Below are positions 27,825 through 35,688 of a stretch of 35,688 nucleotides of DNA, in pieces. Position 1 is the stretch's first letter. Each line of letters begins with the position of its first letter. The stretch is from a virus. Location of the stretch: the UHGV virus genome UHGV-0123446; one strand, 5' to 3'. The position numbers and the translations under genes were made by a program. The notes under the pieces were generated by a model. It ran no database searches and had not been told where the DNA came from. It was given only the letters and a program-made list of their open reading frames with translations.

Positions 27825-30800
27825 TAATAACCTGCGCCTGCAGGTCATTCTTAATGCGGTTGACAAACTTACCCGCCCATTCCGTGCTGCACAGGCCAGT
27901 TCGAAAGAGCTGGCTGGCGCAATTCAGAATACCCGAAACAGCCTCAAAGAACTGAATAAGCAGGCTGGCAGAATTGATGAATTTCGCAAGATGCGCTCGC
28001 AACTAGCCATAACAGCCAACAACCTGAACGCAGCCCGCGAAGAGGCGGCAAAACTCGCCACACAATTTGCTGCCACTAACAGGCCAACCGCCGCGCAGGC
28101 AAAGTTATTCAGTCAGGCCAAAACACGAGTACAGGAACTTCAGCAGACCTATAACGGCTTGTTGGGGGCGGTCCAGAGACAACGTCAGGCACTTAAAGAA
28201 TCAGGGATTGATACCAGACAACTCAGTAGTGCCCAGCGAGAACTTAAGAAAAATGCTGAAGAAACAAGGCAGGCACTGGAGGGCCAGCAAAAAGCACTTA
28301 AACGTCTGGGTGAACAACAGGCACGGATGAACGCTGCCAGAGAACAATACTCAAGACGGCTTGAAGTGCGCGATCGCATCGCAGGAGCCGGAGCCACTAC
28401 CACGGCTGCAGGGCTGGCAATGGGTGCGCCAGTGATGGCGGCAGTAAAAAGCTATACCAGCATGGAAGATGCCATGAAAGGTGTGGCAAAGCAGGTCAAT
28501 GGTCTGCGTGACGATAATGGCAACCGCACTGCACGCTTTTATGAAATGCAGGATGCCATCAAGGCTGCCAGCGAACAGTTGCCGATGGAAAACGGTGCGG
28601 TGGACTTCGCTGCACTGGTTGAAGGTGGTGCGCGCATGAACGTCGCAAACCCTGACGACAGCTGGGAAGACCAGAAACGTGACCTGCTGGCCTTCGCCAG
28701 TACGGCAGCAAAGGCGGCAACAGCCTTTGAGCTGCCAGCGGATGAACTGTCAGAAAGTCTGGGGAAAATCGCCCAGCTCTACAAAATACCTACCCGCAAT
28801 ATTGAACAGCTCGGCGATGCGCTGAACTATCTGGATGATAACGCCATGTCGAAAGGGGCGGACATCATTGATGTGATGCAACGTCTGGGCGGTGTGGCTG
28901 ACCGTCTGGATTATCGTAAAGCGGCGGCACTGGGTTCCACCTTTCTGACACTGGGCGCTGCGCCGGAGGTTGCAGCCAGTGCAGCAAACGCGATGGTGCG
29001 TGAATTGTCCATTGCCACCATGCAAAGCAAGAGTTTCTTTGAAGGGATGAATCTGCTGAAACTCAATCCTGAAGTGATTGAAAAGCAGATGACGAAGGAT
29101 GCGATGGGAACTATCCAGCGTGTGCTGGAGAAGGTGAACGCACTGCCGCAGGACAAGCGTCTGTCTGCCATGACCATGTTGTTTGGTAAAGAGTTTGGTG
29201 ATGATGCGGCGAAACTGGCAAACAACCTTCCGGAACTGCAGCGCCAGCTAAAACTGACAGCGGGCAATGATGCGCTCGGTTCCATGCAGAAAGAATCCGA
29301 CATCAACAAAGACTCACTTTCTGCTCAGTGGTTGCTGGTCAAAACCGGAGCGCAGAACACCTTCAGCAGCCTGGGCGAAACGCTGCGCCAGCCGCTGATG
29401 GATATTCTGTACACGGTGAAAAGCATCACGGGGGCGTTGCGCCGCTGGGTGGAAGCTAATCCGGAACTGACAGGCACACTGATGAAAGTAGCGGCTGTTG
29501 TGGCTGCGGTTACAGTAGGCCTCGGCACCTTAGCGGTGGCGCTGGCTGCAGTGCTGGGGCCGCTGGCAGTGATCCGTCTGGGATTCTCTGTGCTGGGTAT
29601 CAAAACGTTACCTTCTGTTACGGCAGCAGTAACTCGAACCAGCAGCGCGTTGTCCTGGTTGGCTGGCGCACCACTGGCACTGCTGCGACGCGGGCTTGCT
29701 TCATCGGGCAACGCCGCAGGTTTACTTACTGCGCCGTTGTCGTCTTTACGCCGCACGGCATCACTGACGGGAAATGTCCTGAAAACTGTAGCAGGTGCGC
29801 CGGTTGCACTTTTGCGGTCTGGATTATCCGGTTTACGTGCTGTTGCTGTGATGTTTATGAATCCTCTGGCGGTACTGCGCGGTGGACTGGTCGCCGCAGG
29901 CACGGTGCTGCGAGTACTGGCATCTGGTCCACTGGCGATGCTGCGCGTTGCCCTGTATGCCGTATCTGGTCTGTTAGGTGCTCTGCTCAGCCCGATAGGT
30001 CTTGTGGTTACTGCACTGGCGGGCGTGGCGCTGGTTGTCTGGAAATACTGGCAACCCATCACCGCATTTCTTGGTGGCGTGGTGGAAGGATTCAAAGCGG
30101 CGGCAGGTCCCGTCAGTGCAGCATTCGAACCGCTTAAGCCCGTGTTCCAGTGGATTGGCGACAAAGTACAGGCGTTGTGGGGCTGGTTTACTGATCTGCT
30201 GACGCCCGTTAAGTCGACCTCTGCCGAACTGCAGAGTGCAGCGGCAATGGGGCGGCGATTCGGAGAGGCACTGGCGGAAGGGCTGAATATGGTCATGCAT
30301 CCGCTGGACTCCCTGAAATCCGGCGTTTCCTGGTTGCTGGAGAAACTTGGCATTGTCAGTAAAGAGGCCGCAAAGGCAAAACTGCCGGAAAGCGTGACGC
30401 GTCAGCAACCTGCGACGGTGAATGCAGACGGTAAAGTGATGATGCCATCGGGTGGTTTTCCGTCATGGGGATATGGCTTTGCGGGGATGTATGACAGCGG
30501 CGGGTATATCCCGCGCGGGCAGTTTGGCATCGTCGGTGAAAACGGGCCGGAAATTGTTAACGGCCCGGCAAATGTGACCAGCCGGAGAAATACAGCTGCA
30601 CTGGCTGCCGTTGTTGCCGGAATGATGGGCGTTGCTGCCGCGCCAGCAGAGCTTCCACCGTTGCACCCTTTGGCACTTCCCGCGAAAGGTGGAGAAGCAA
30701 TTGTGAGTCGCGCAGCCACTGTGCCGCTCGTTCAACGGATTGAGGCACCGACGCAGATCATCATTCAGACGCAGCCAGGACAAAGTGCGCAGGATATTGC

Positions 30801-30894
30801 GCGGGAGGTGGCACGCCAGCTTGATGAACGTGAACGCAGGCTGAAGGCAAAAGCCAGGAGTAACTACAGCGATCAGGGGGGATACGACGCATGA
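27817..30894 (+). CDS. T: Tail tape measure protein gpT
   Basis: 1025 aa, Ala/Leu-rich with coiled-coil N-terminal part and repeated hydrophobic segments; downstream of E/E'. Confidence 0.9.
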   Translation: MSDNNLRLQVILNAVDKLTRPFRAAQASSKELAGAIQNTRNSLKELNKQAGRIDEFRKMRSQLAITANNLNAAREEAAKLATQFAATNRPTAAQAKLFSQAKTRVQELQQTYNGLLGAVQRQRQALKESGIDTRQLSSAQRELKKNAEETRQALEGQQKALKRLGEQQARMNAAREQYSRRLEVRDRIAGAGATTTAAGLAMGAPVMAAVKSYTSMEDAMKGVAKQVNGLRDDNGNRTARFYEMQDAIKAASEQLPMENGAVDFAALVEGGARMNVANPDDSWEDQKRDLLAFASTAAKAATAFELPADELSESLGKIAQLYKIPTRNIEQLGDALNYLDDNAMSKGADIIDVMQRLGGVADRLDYRKAAALGSTFLTLGAAPEVAASAANAMVRELSIATMQSKSFFEGMNLLKLNPEVIEKQMTKDAMGTIQRVLEKVNALPQDKRLSAMTMLFGKEFGDDAAKLANNLPELQRQLKLTAGNDALGSMQKESDINKDSLSAQWLLVKTGAQNTFSSLGETLRQPLMDILYTVKSITGALRRWVEANPELTGTLMKVAAVVAAVTVGLGTLAVALAAVLGPLAVIRLGFSVLGIKTLPSVTAAVTRTSSALSWLAGAPLALLRRGLASSGNAAGLLTAPLSSLRRTASLTGNVLKTVAGAPVALLRSGLSGLRAVAVMFMNPLAVLRGGLVAAGTVLRVLASGPLAMLRVALYAVSGLLGALLSPIGLVVTALAGVALVVWKYWQPITAFLGGVVEGFKAAAGPVSAAFEPLKPVFQWIGDKVQALWGWFTDLLTPVKSTSAELQSAAAMGRRFGEALAEGLNMVMHPLDSLKSGVSWLLEKLGIVSKEAAKAKLPESVTRQQPATVNADGKVMMPSGGFPSWGYGFAGMYDSGGYIPRGQFGIVGENGPEIVNGPANVTSRRNTAALAAVVAGMMGVAAAPAELPPLHPLALPAKGGEAIVSRAATVPLVQRIEAPTQIIIQTQPGQSAQDIAREVARQLDERERRLKAKARSNYSDQGGYDA

Positions 30895-31376
30895 TGATGG
30901 TACTGGGATTGTACGTGTTTATGCTGCGCACCGTTCCGTATCAGGAACTGCAGTATCAACGCAGCTGGCGACATGCGGCAAACAGCCGGGTAAACCGTCG
31001 TCCGTCCACGCAGTTTCTGGGACCGGAAAACGACATGCTGACGCTTTCCGGTGTTCTTATGCCGGAGATAACAGGCGGCAGGCTGTCGTTGTTGGCACTG
31101 GAGCAGATGGCAGAACAGGGGAAAGCATGGCCCCTGATTGAAGGCAGCGGCACGATTTACGGCATGTATGTGATTGAGGGACTGAATCAGACTAAAACGG
31201 AGTTTTTCCGCGACGGTATGCCGCGCAGGATTGAGTTCACCCTTTCGCTAAAACGGGTGGATGAATCCCTGTCCGATATGTTCGGTGATCTCAGTACTCA
31301 ACTGAATAATCTGCAGGACACGGCAACGTCTGCCTTAAGCGATATCAGTAAAACGGTGGGAGGGCTGCTGTCGTGA
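30891..31376 (+). CDS. U: Tail protein gpU
   Basis: 161 aa, overlapping stop/start with T and D. Confidence 0.8.
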   Translation: MMMVLGLYVFMLRTVPYQELQYQRSWRHAANSRVNRRPSTQFLGPENDMLTLSGVLMPEITGGRLSLLALEQMAEQGKAWPLIEGSGTIYGMYVIEGLNQTKTEFFRDGMPRRIEFTLSLKRVDESLSDMFGDLSTQLNNLQDTATSALSDISKTVGGLLS

Positions 31377-32473
31377 ATTTCAGCTCTGAACTGCTTAACA
31401 AAGGCAACAAAACTCCCGCATTCAGCATCAGTATTGAGGGGAAGGATATCACCACTGTGCTGGATAACCGCCTGATGAGTCTGACGTTGACGGACAATCG
31501 GGGCTTTGAAGCAGACCAGCTTGATCTGGAGCTGGACGACGCCGACGGAAAAATCGTGCTGCCGCGCCGTGGTGCGGTCATCACGCTGGCGCTGGGCTGG
31601 AAGGGGCAGCCGCTTTTCCCGAAAGGGGCATTCACGGTGGATGAAATTGAACACACTGGCGCACCGGACCGCCTGACTATCCGGGCGCGAAGTGCTGATT
31701 TTCGGGAAACGCTGAATACCCGCCGTGAAAAGTCGTGGCACAAGACCACCGTTGGGGAAGTGGTAAAGGAAATAGCTGCGCGGCACAAACTGAAGATGGC
31801 ACTGGGTAAAGACCTGTCTGATAAACCCGTGGAGCATATAGACCAGACTAATGAGAGTGACGGCAGTTTTCTGATGCGGCTGGCGCGACAGTACGGTGCT
31901 ATTGCGTCGGTGAAAAATGGCAATCTGTTATTCATCCGGCAGGGACAGGGTAAAAGCGCCAGCGGTAAACCACTACCGGTGATCACTATCACACGTAAGG
32001 ACGGCGACAGTCACCGCTTTACCCTGGCGGATCGCGGAGCTTACACGGGTGTAATTGCCAGCTGGTTGCATACCCGCGAACCCGCGAAGAAAGAAAGCAC
32101 CACGGTGAAGCGTAAGCGCAGGACTAAGAAGCAGAAGAAAGAGCCGGAAGCGAAGCAGGGCGATTACCTGGTGGGTACGGATGAAAACGTGCTGGTACTT
32201 AATCGCACTTATGCCAACCGGAGCAACGCCGAACGAGCGGCGAAAATGCAGTGGGAACGCCTGCAACGCGGAGTTGCGTCATTCTCGCTACAACTGGCGG
32301 AAGGGCGGGCAGATCTCTACACGGAAATGCCAGTGAAAGTCAGTGGCTTTAAACAGCCGATAGATGATGCGGAATGGACCATTACGACTCTGACGCATAC
32401 CGTCAGCCCGGATAACGGTTTTACGACCAGTCTGGAGCTTGAAGTGAGGATTGATGATTTCGAAATGGAATGA
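31373..32473 (+). CDS. D: Tail protein gpD
   Basis: 366 aa, last gene of the tail operon. Confidence 0.85.
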   Translation: MNFSSELLNKGNKTPAFSISIEGKDITTVLDNRLMSLTLTDNRGFEADQLDLELDDADGKIVLPRRGAVITLALGWKGQPLFPKGAFTVDEIEHTGAPDRLTIRARSADFRETLNTRREKSWHKTTVGEVVKEIAARHKLKMALGKDLSDKPVEHIDQTNESDGSFLMRLARQYGAIASVKNGNLLFIRQGQGKSASGKPLPVITITRKDGDSHRFTLADRGAYTGVIASWLHTREPAKKESTTVKRKRRTKKQKKEPEAKQGDYLVGTDENVLVLNRTYANRSNAERAAKMQWERLQRGVASFSLQLAEGRADLYTEMPVKVSGFKQPIDDAEWTITTLTHTVSPDNGFTTSLELEVRIDDFEME

Positions 32474-32563
32474 TTCTTCGCAATGGAGAACTTTTAAGTT
32501 TGCAAAATGGAATAATGCGGTATCATTATTGTGAATTTAGCAAAAATGGGGAGAACTCGAAAA

Positions 32564-32782
32564 ATGATGATTTGCCCACTGTGTGGAAGTGCCGCCCATA
32601 CTCGCAGCAGTTTTCAGGTATCTTCATTGACCAAAGAGCGTTACAACCAGTGCCAGAACATTAACTGCAGCCATACTTTTGTTACCCATGAAACTTTTGT
32701 TCGTTCGATTGCAACGCCAAAAGAGTCAAATCCGGTTCAGCCGCATCCAATGAAATCAGGACAGGTGGCGCTCTCTCTTTGA
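32564..32782 (+). CDS. ogr: Ogr-type zinc-finger late-gene transcriptional activator (start taken at the internal ATG, MMICPLCG)
   Basis: CPLCG...CQNINCSHTF four-Cys motif and overall similarity to P2 Ogr (CPLCQ...CQNVNCSATF); about 72 aa. Confidence 0.8.
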   Translation: MMICPLCGSAAHTRSSFQVSSLTKERYNQCQNINCSHTFVTHETFVRSIATPKESNPVQPHPMKSGQVALSL

Positions 32783-32846
32783 CGCTGCCGCCATTTTGTC
32801 GCCATCGTTAAAAAACAGTGCTTCTAACATCATGATTTTAAAAGGC

Positions 32847-32873
32847 ATAAATTTCAGGCAACAAAAAACCCAT
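32847..32873. repeat. attR core (27-bp copy of the attL core)
   Basis: Exact repeat of 590..616. Confidence 0.75.
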
Positions 32874-32905
32874 CAACCTTGAACCGAAATGGCGGGGTTG
32901 ATGGG
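32860..32905 (-). terminator. Probable ybjL rho-independent terminator (10-bp stem cccatcaacc/ggttgatggg, then a T6 run on the minus strand); the att core overlaps its stem and T-tract
   Basis: Perfect 10-bp inverted repeat with 16-nt loop, followed on the minus strand by TTTTTTG; downstream of the ybjL stop. Confidence 0.4.
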
Positions 32906-33018
32906 CTCCACAAAATGGGGACATCAAAGAAAAGCAGTGGCACTAATTAAGACTGATGCCCTGCGGAAAAGTTCTGCGGTTGTGCAAAAAAAATTTCATT
33001 TTCAGGGCAACTTCAGTT

Positions 33019-34704
33019 TTATCCTAATCCTGGCCATACCATGACGATGATTGTCCCTGCCAGCGTCAGCAGGACGTTGGCGATTGCATAGGTGCCCGCA
33101 TAGCCCAGCGCCGGGATGTTACTGCGAGCTGTATCACTGATGATCTCCATTGCCGGCGCGCAGGTGCGTGCGCCCATCATTGCGCCGAATAACAGTGCGC
33201 GGTTCATTCGCAATACATAAGCACCGAACAAGAAACAGATAACCACTGGCACAAGACTGACAATCAATCCGGCAATCAACATCTGACCGCCAATCGCGCC
33301 CAGGCCGTTATTAATACCGCTACCGGCGCTCAGACCAACGCCTGCCATAAACACCATTAAGCCGAACTCTTTCACCATGCTTAATGCACCCTGCGGAATG
33401 TAACCGAAGGTCGGGTGGTTAGCGCGCATAAATCCCAGCATAATTCCGGCGAATAACAACCCGGCAGCGTTCCCCATGCCGAAACTGAATGTGCTGAACT
33501 GGAAGGTGATCATCCCGATCATCAGCCCAATAACAAAGAAGGCGCAGAATGCCAGCAAGTCAGTGACCTGGCTGTGAATCGAGATAAAGCCGATGCGATC
33601 GGCGATGGTTTTTACGCGACGGGCATCGCCGCTGACTTGTAAAACGTCACCTTTGTTAAGCACGACGTTGTCATCTATCGGCATCTCAATCTGGCTACGA
33701 ATGACGCGGTTAAGGAAGCAACCGTGATCGGTCAACTTCAGTTGTGCGAGACGTTTGCCCACGGCGTTATGGTTTTTAACGACCACTTCTTCAGTGACGA
33801 TACGCATGTCGAGAAGGTCACGATCGAAAACTTCTTTGCCGTTACGGAAGCTGGGATCGAGTCGGGCGTGGGCGTCGGGATAGCCTACCAACGCTATTTC
33901 ATCTCCCATTTGTAGCACAGCATCACCGTCTGGATTCGCCAGAATCCCGTTACGTCGAATACGTTCAATGTAGCAGCCGGTTTGTCGATAAATACCCAGT
34001 TCACGCAGATTTTTGCCGTCGGTCCAGGCCACCAGCTCCGGGCCGACGCGGTAGGCGCGGATCACCGGTAAATAAACCTTACGGTTGGCATCAGTGTCCA
34101 GGCCACGTTCGCGGGCGATTTGCTGGGCGCTGGTCTGTAAGTCCTGATGCTGCAATTTCGGCAAGTAACGCGCACCAACAATCAAACTCACCAGACCGAT
34201 TAAATAGGTTAAGGCATACCCGAGGCTCAGATTATCCAGTGCCAGTGAGAGCTGCCTGCTTTCCATGCCGGAATGACGCAGTGTATCGCCAGCACCGACC
34301 AGAACCGGTGTCGACGTCATAGAGCCAGCTAACATACCGGCCGTCAGGCCAATATCCCAGCCAAACAGCTTACCTAACCCTAAGGCGATCACCAGCGCAC
34401 TGCCAACCATCACCAGTGCTAACATTAGGTAATTTTTCCCATCGCGAAAAAAAATGGAAAAAAAGTTCGGTCCGGCTTCGACCCCGACGCAGAAAATAAA
34501 CAGCATAAAGCCAAGATTAAGCGCGTCGGTGTTAATGCTGAAATGTTGTTGGCCTAATAACAGCGATACGACTAAAACGCCAATGGAATTACCCAGTTGG
34601 ATCGAACCAAGTCGTAATTTCCCGAGACATAGCCCAAGCGCGAGGACCACAAATAATAACAGAATGTAATTCCCATTTAACAATTCGGCGACGTTTATAT
34701 TCAC
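33019..34704 (-). CDS. ybjL: Putative transport protein YbjL (AAE-family transporter with two cytoplasmic regulatory domains)
   Basis: 561 aa with multiple TM segments at both ends and a central soluble region; recognised as E. coli YbjL; position next to ybjM/grxA. Confidence 0.85.
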
Positions 34705-34973
34705 GGAGGCTAACTTCTTGTTTACTAGTAAGCTGTTGAAAGAAATGGTAATTTACGATAATGTTTTTTACCAGAATTCAGGGCGCAGATTCATTCAGCG
34801 CACCTAAACGATAGTAAAGTAACAATATATTTTACTAGTGTAATCACATTAGGTATCAACGGCTATATGAATTGCGTTGGCCTATATTAGCATGGAATGC
34901 GAAGCGGCTTTATCTTACTGAACGCCACACTGGCGAAAAATGTGTTCGATAGACGCAGTGTCAGGAGGAACGA

Positions 34974-35351
34974 GTGAAACATAAACAACGTTGGGCGGGG
35001 GCAATCTGCTGTTTTGTCCTCTTCATTGTGGTGTGTCTTTTTCTGGCGACGCACATGAAAGGCGCTTTTCGGGCTGCCGGGCATCCTGAAATCGGTTTGC
35101 TATTTTTCATTCTTCCTGGTGCAGTTGCCAGCTTCTTTTCACATCGTAGAGAAGTCCTGAAACCTCTGTTTGGCGCAATGCTGGCGGCACCCTGTTCGAT
35201 GCTCATTATGCGGCTGTTTTTTTCACCGACGCGCTCATTCTGGCAAGAGCTGGCATGGTTATTAAGTGCGGTGTTCTGGTGTGCGCTGGGGGCATTGTGT
35301 TTCTTATTTATCAGTAGCTTGTTTAAACCACAGCACAGAAAAAATCAATAA
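34974..35351 (+). CDS. ybjM: Inner membrane protein YbjM
   Basis: 125 aa, four hydrophobic segments; locus context. Confidence 0.7.
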   Translation: MKHKQRWAGAICCFVLFIVVCLFLATHMKGAFRAAGHPEIGLLFFILPGAVASFFSHRREVLKPLFGAMLAAPCSMLIMRLFFSPTRSFWQELAWLLSAVFWCALGALCFLFISSLFKPQHRKNQ

Positions 35352-35374
35352 AGCCCTCAACGCGAGGGCTTGTC
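35351..35374. terminator. Bidirectional rho-independent terminator between ybjM and grxA (gccctc aacgc gagggc)
   Basis: 6-bp GC-rich stem, 5-nt loop, between convergent genes. Confidence 0.45.
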
Positions 35375-35380
35375 AGACGA

Positions 35381-35638
35381 TCAGGCGTCCAGATTCTCTT
35401 TCACCCATGCAGCAAAATCGGTATAGCCGCCGATATGTTGCTGATCGACAAAAATCTGCGGCACGGTTTCTACGGGTTTACCTGCCTTTTGTTGTAGATC
35501 TTCTTTAGTGATCCCTTCCGCACGAATATCTACATACTGATACTGGAAATCATCGCGTTCATTGCTCAATTTCTCAGCCAGATCTTTTGCACGCACACAG
35601 TAAGGGCAACCCGGACGACCAAAAATAACGGTTTGCAT
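35381..35638 (-). CDS. grxA: Glutaredoxin 1 (start at MQTVIFGRPGCPYC; ORF-track start 35653 is an extension)
   Basis: CPYC active-site motif and full-length match to E. coli GrxA (85 aa). Confidence 0.85.
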   Translation of the reverse strand: MQTVIFGRPGCPYCVRAKDLAEKLSNERDDFQYQYVDIRAEGITKEDLQQKAGKPVETVPQIFVDQQHIGGYTDFAAWVKENLDA

Positions 35639-35688
35639 TATTTCTCTCCTCATAGATTTATGCCTGTAATGATCACGCTAAAATGTAT

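Larger units (their letters stand above)
590..32873. mobile_element. P2/186-family temperate prophage (about 32.3 kb), apparently intact, integrated between rcdA and ybjL
   Basis: att direct repeats, integrase, immunity region, replication gene, full P2-order morphogenesis, lysis and tail gene sets, ogr. Confidence 0.9.

Noticed and set aside
29325-30353. 342-aa ORF on the minus strand inside the tape measure gene T (with 29974..30408 and 28911..29309 alongside)
   Set aside because: Antisense shadow ORFs within a GC-rich, Ala-rich gene; Ser/Ala/Pro/Thr-rich low-complexity translation, no RBS context, and the sense-strand gene is strongly supported by synteny
1-35688. Search for IS elements, transposases, toxin-antitoxin pairs and CRISPR arrays
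   Set aside because: No transposase-like ORF, no terminal inverted repeats bounding a small element, no regularly spaced repeat array; the only mobile element supported is the prophage

Overview
The window is an enterobacterial (E. coli-type) chromosomal locus, rcdA(ybjK) ... ybjL-ybjM-grxA, interrupted by a complete-looking P2/186-family prophage of about 32.3 kb (590..32873). The prophage sits between the convergent host genes rcdA and ybjL and is bounded by a perfect 27-bp direct repeat (att core). Prophage order: int; a 186-type immunity region (cI, apl/cox-like, cII-like); an early operon with a TraR/DksA zinc-finger protein, an orphan Dam methylase and a coupled unknown gene; replication gene A; a LexA-boxed module with a DinI-like gene; a candidate cos site; then Q/P (portal, terminase), O N M L X, a lysis cassette, R S V W J I H G, an invertible tail-fibre segment with a Hin/Gin-family invertase, FI FII E/E' T U D and ogr. 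The most interesting cargo is an AT-rich, self-contained cassette (own promoter and palindromic terminator) between the candidate cos and the 3' end of Q. It encodes a 344-aa protein whose N-terminus looks DUF4062/TIR-like, and I consider it a candidate single-gene anti-phage defence protein at the known P2 defence hotspot. All calls come from reading the sequence and recalled family signatures; no database search was run.
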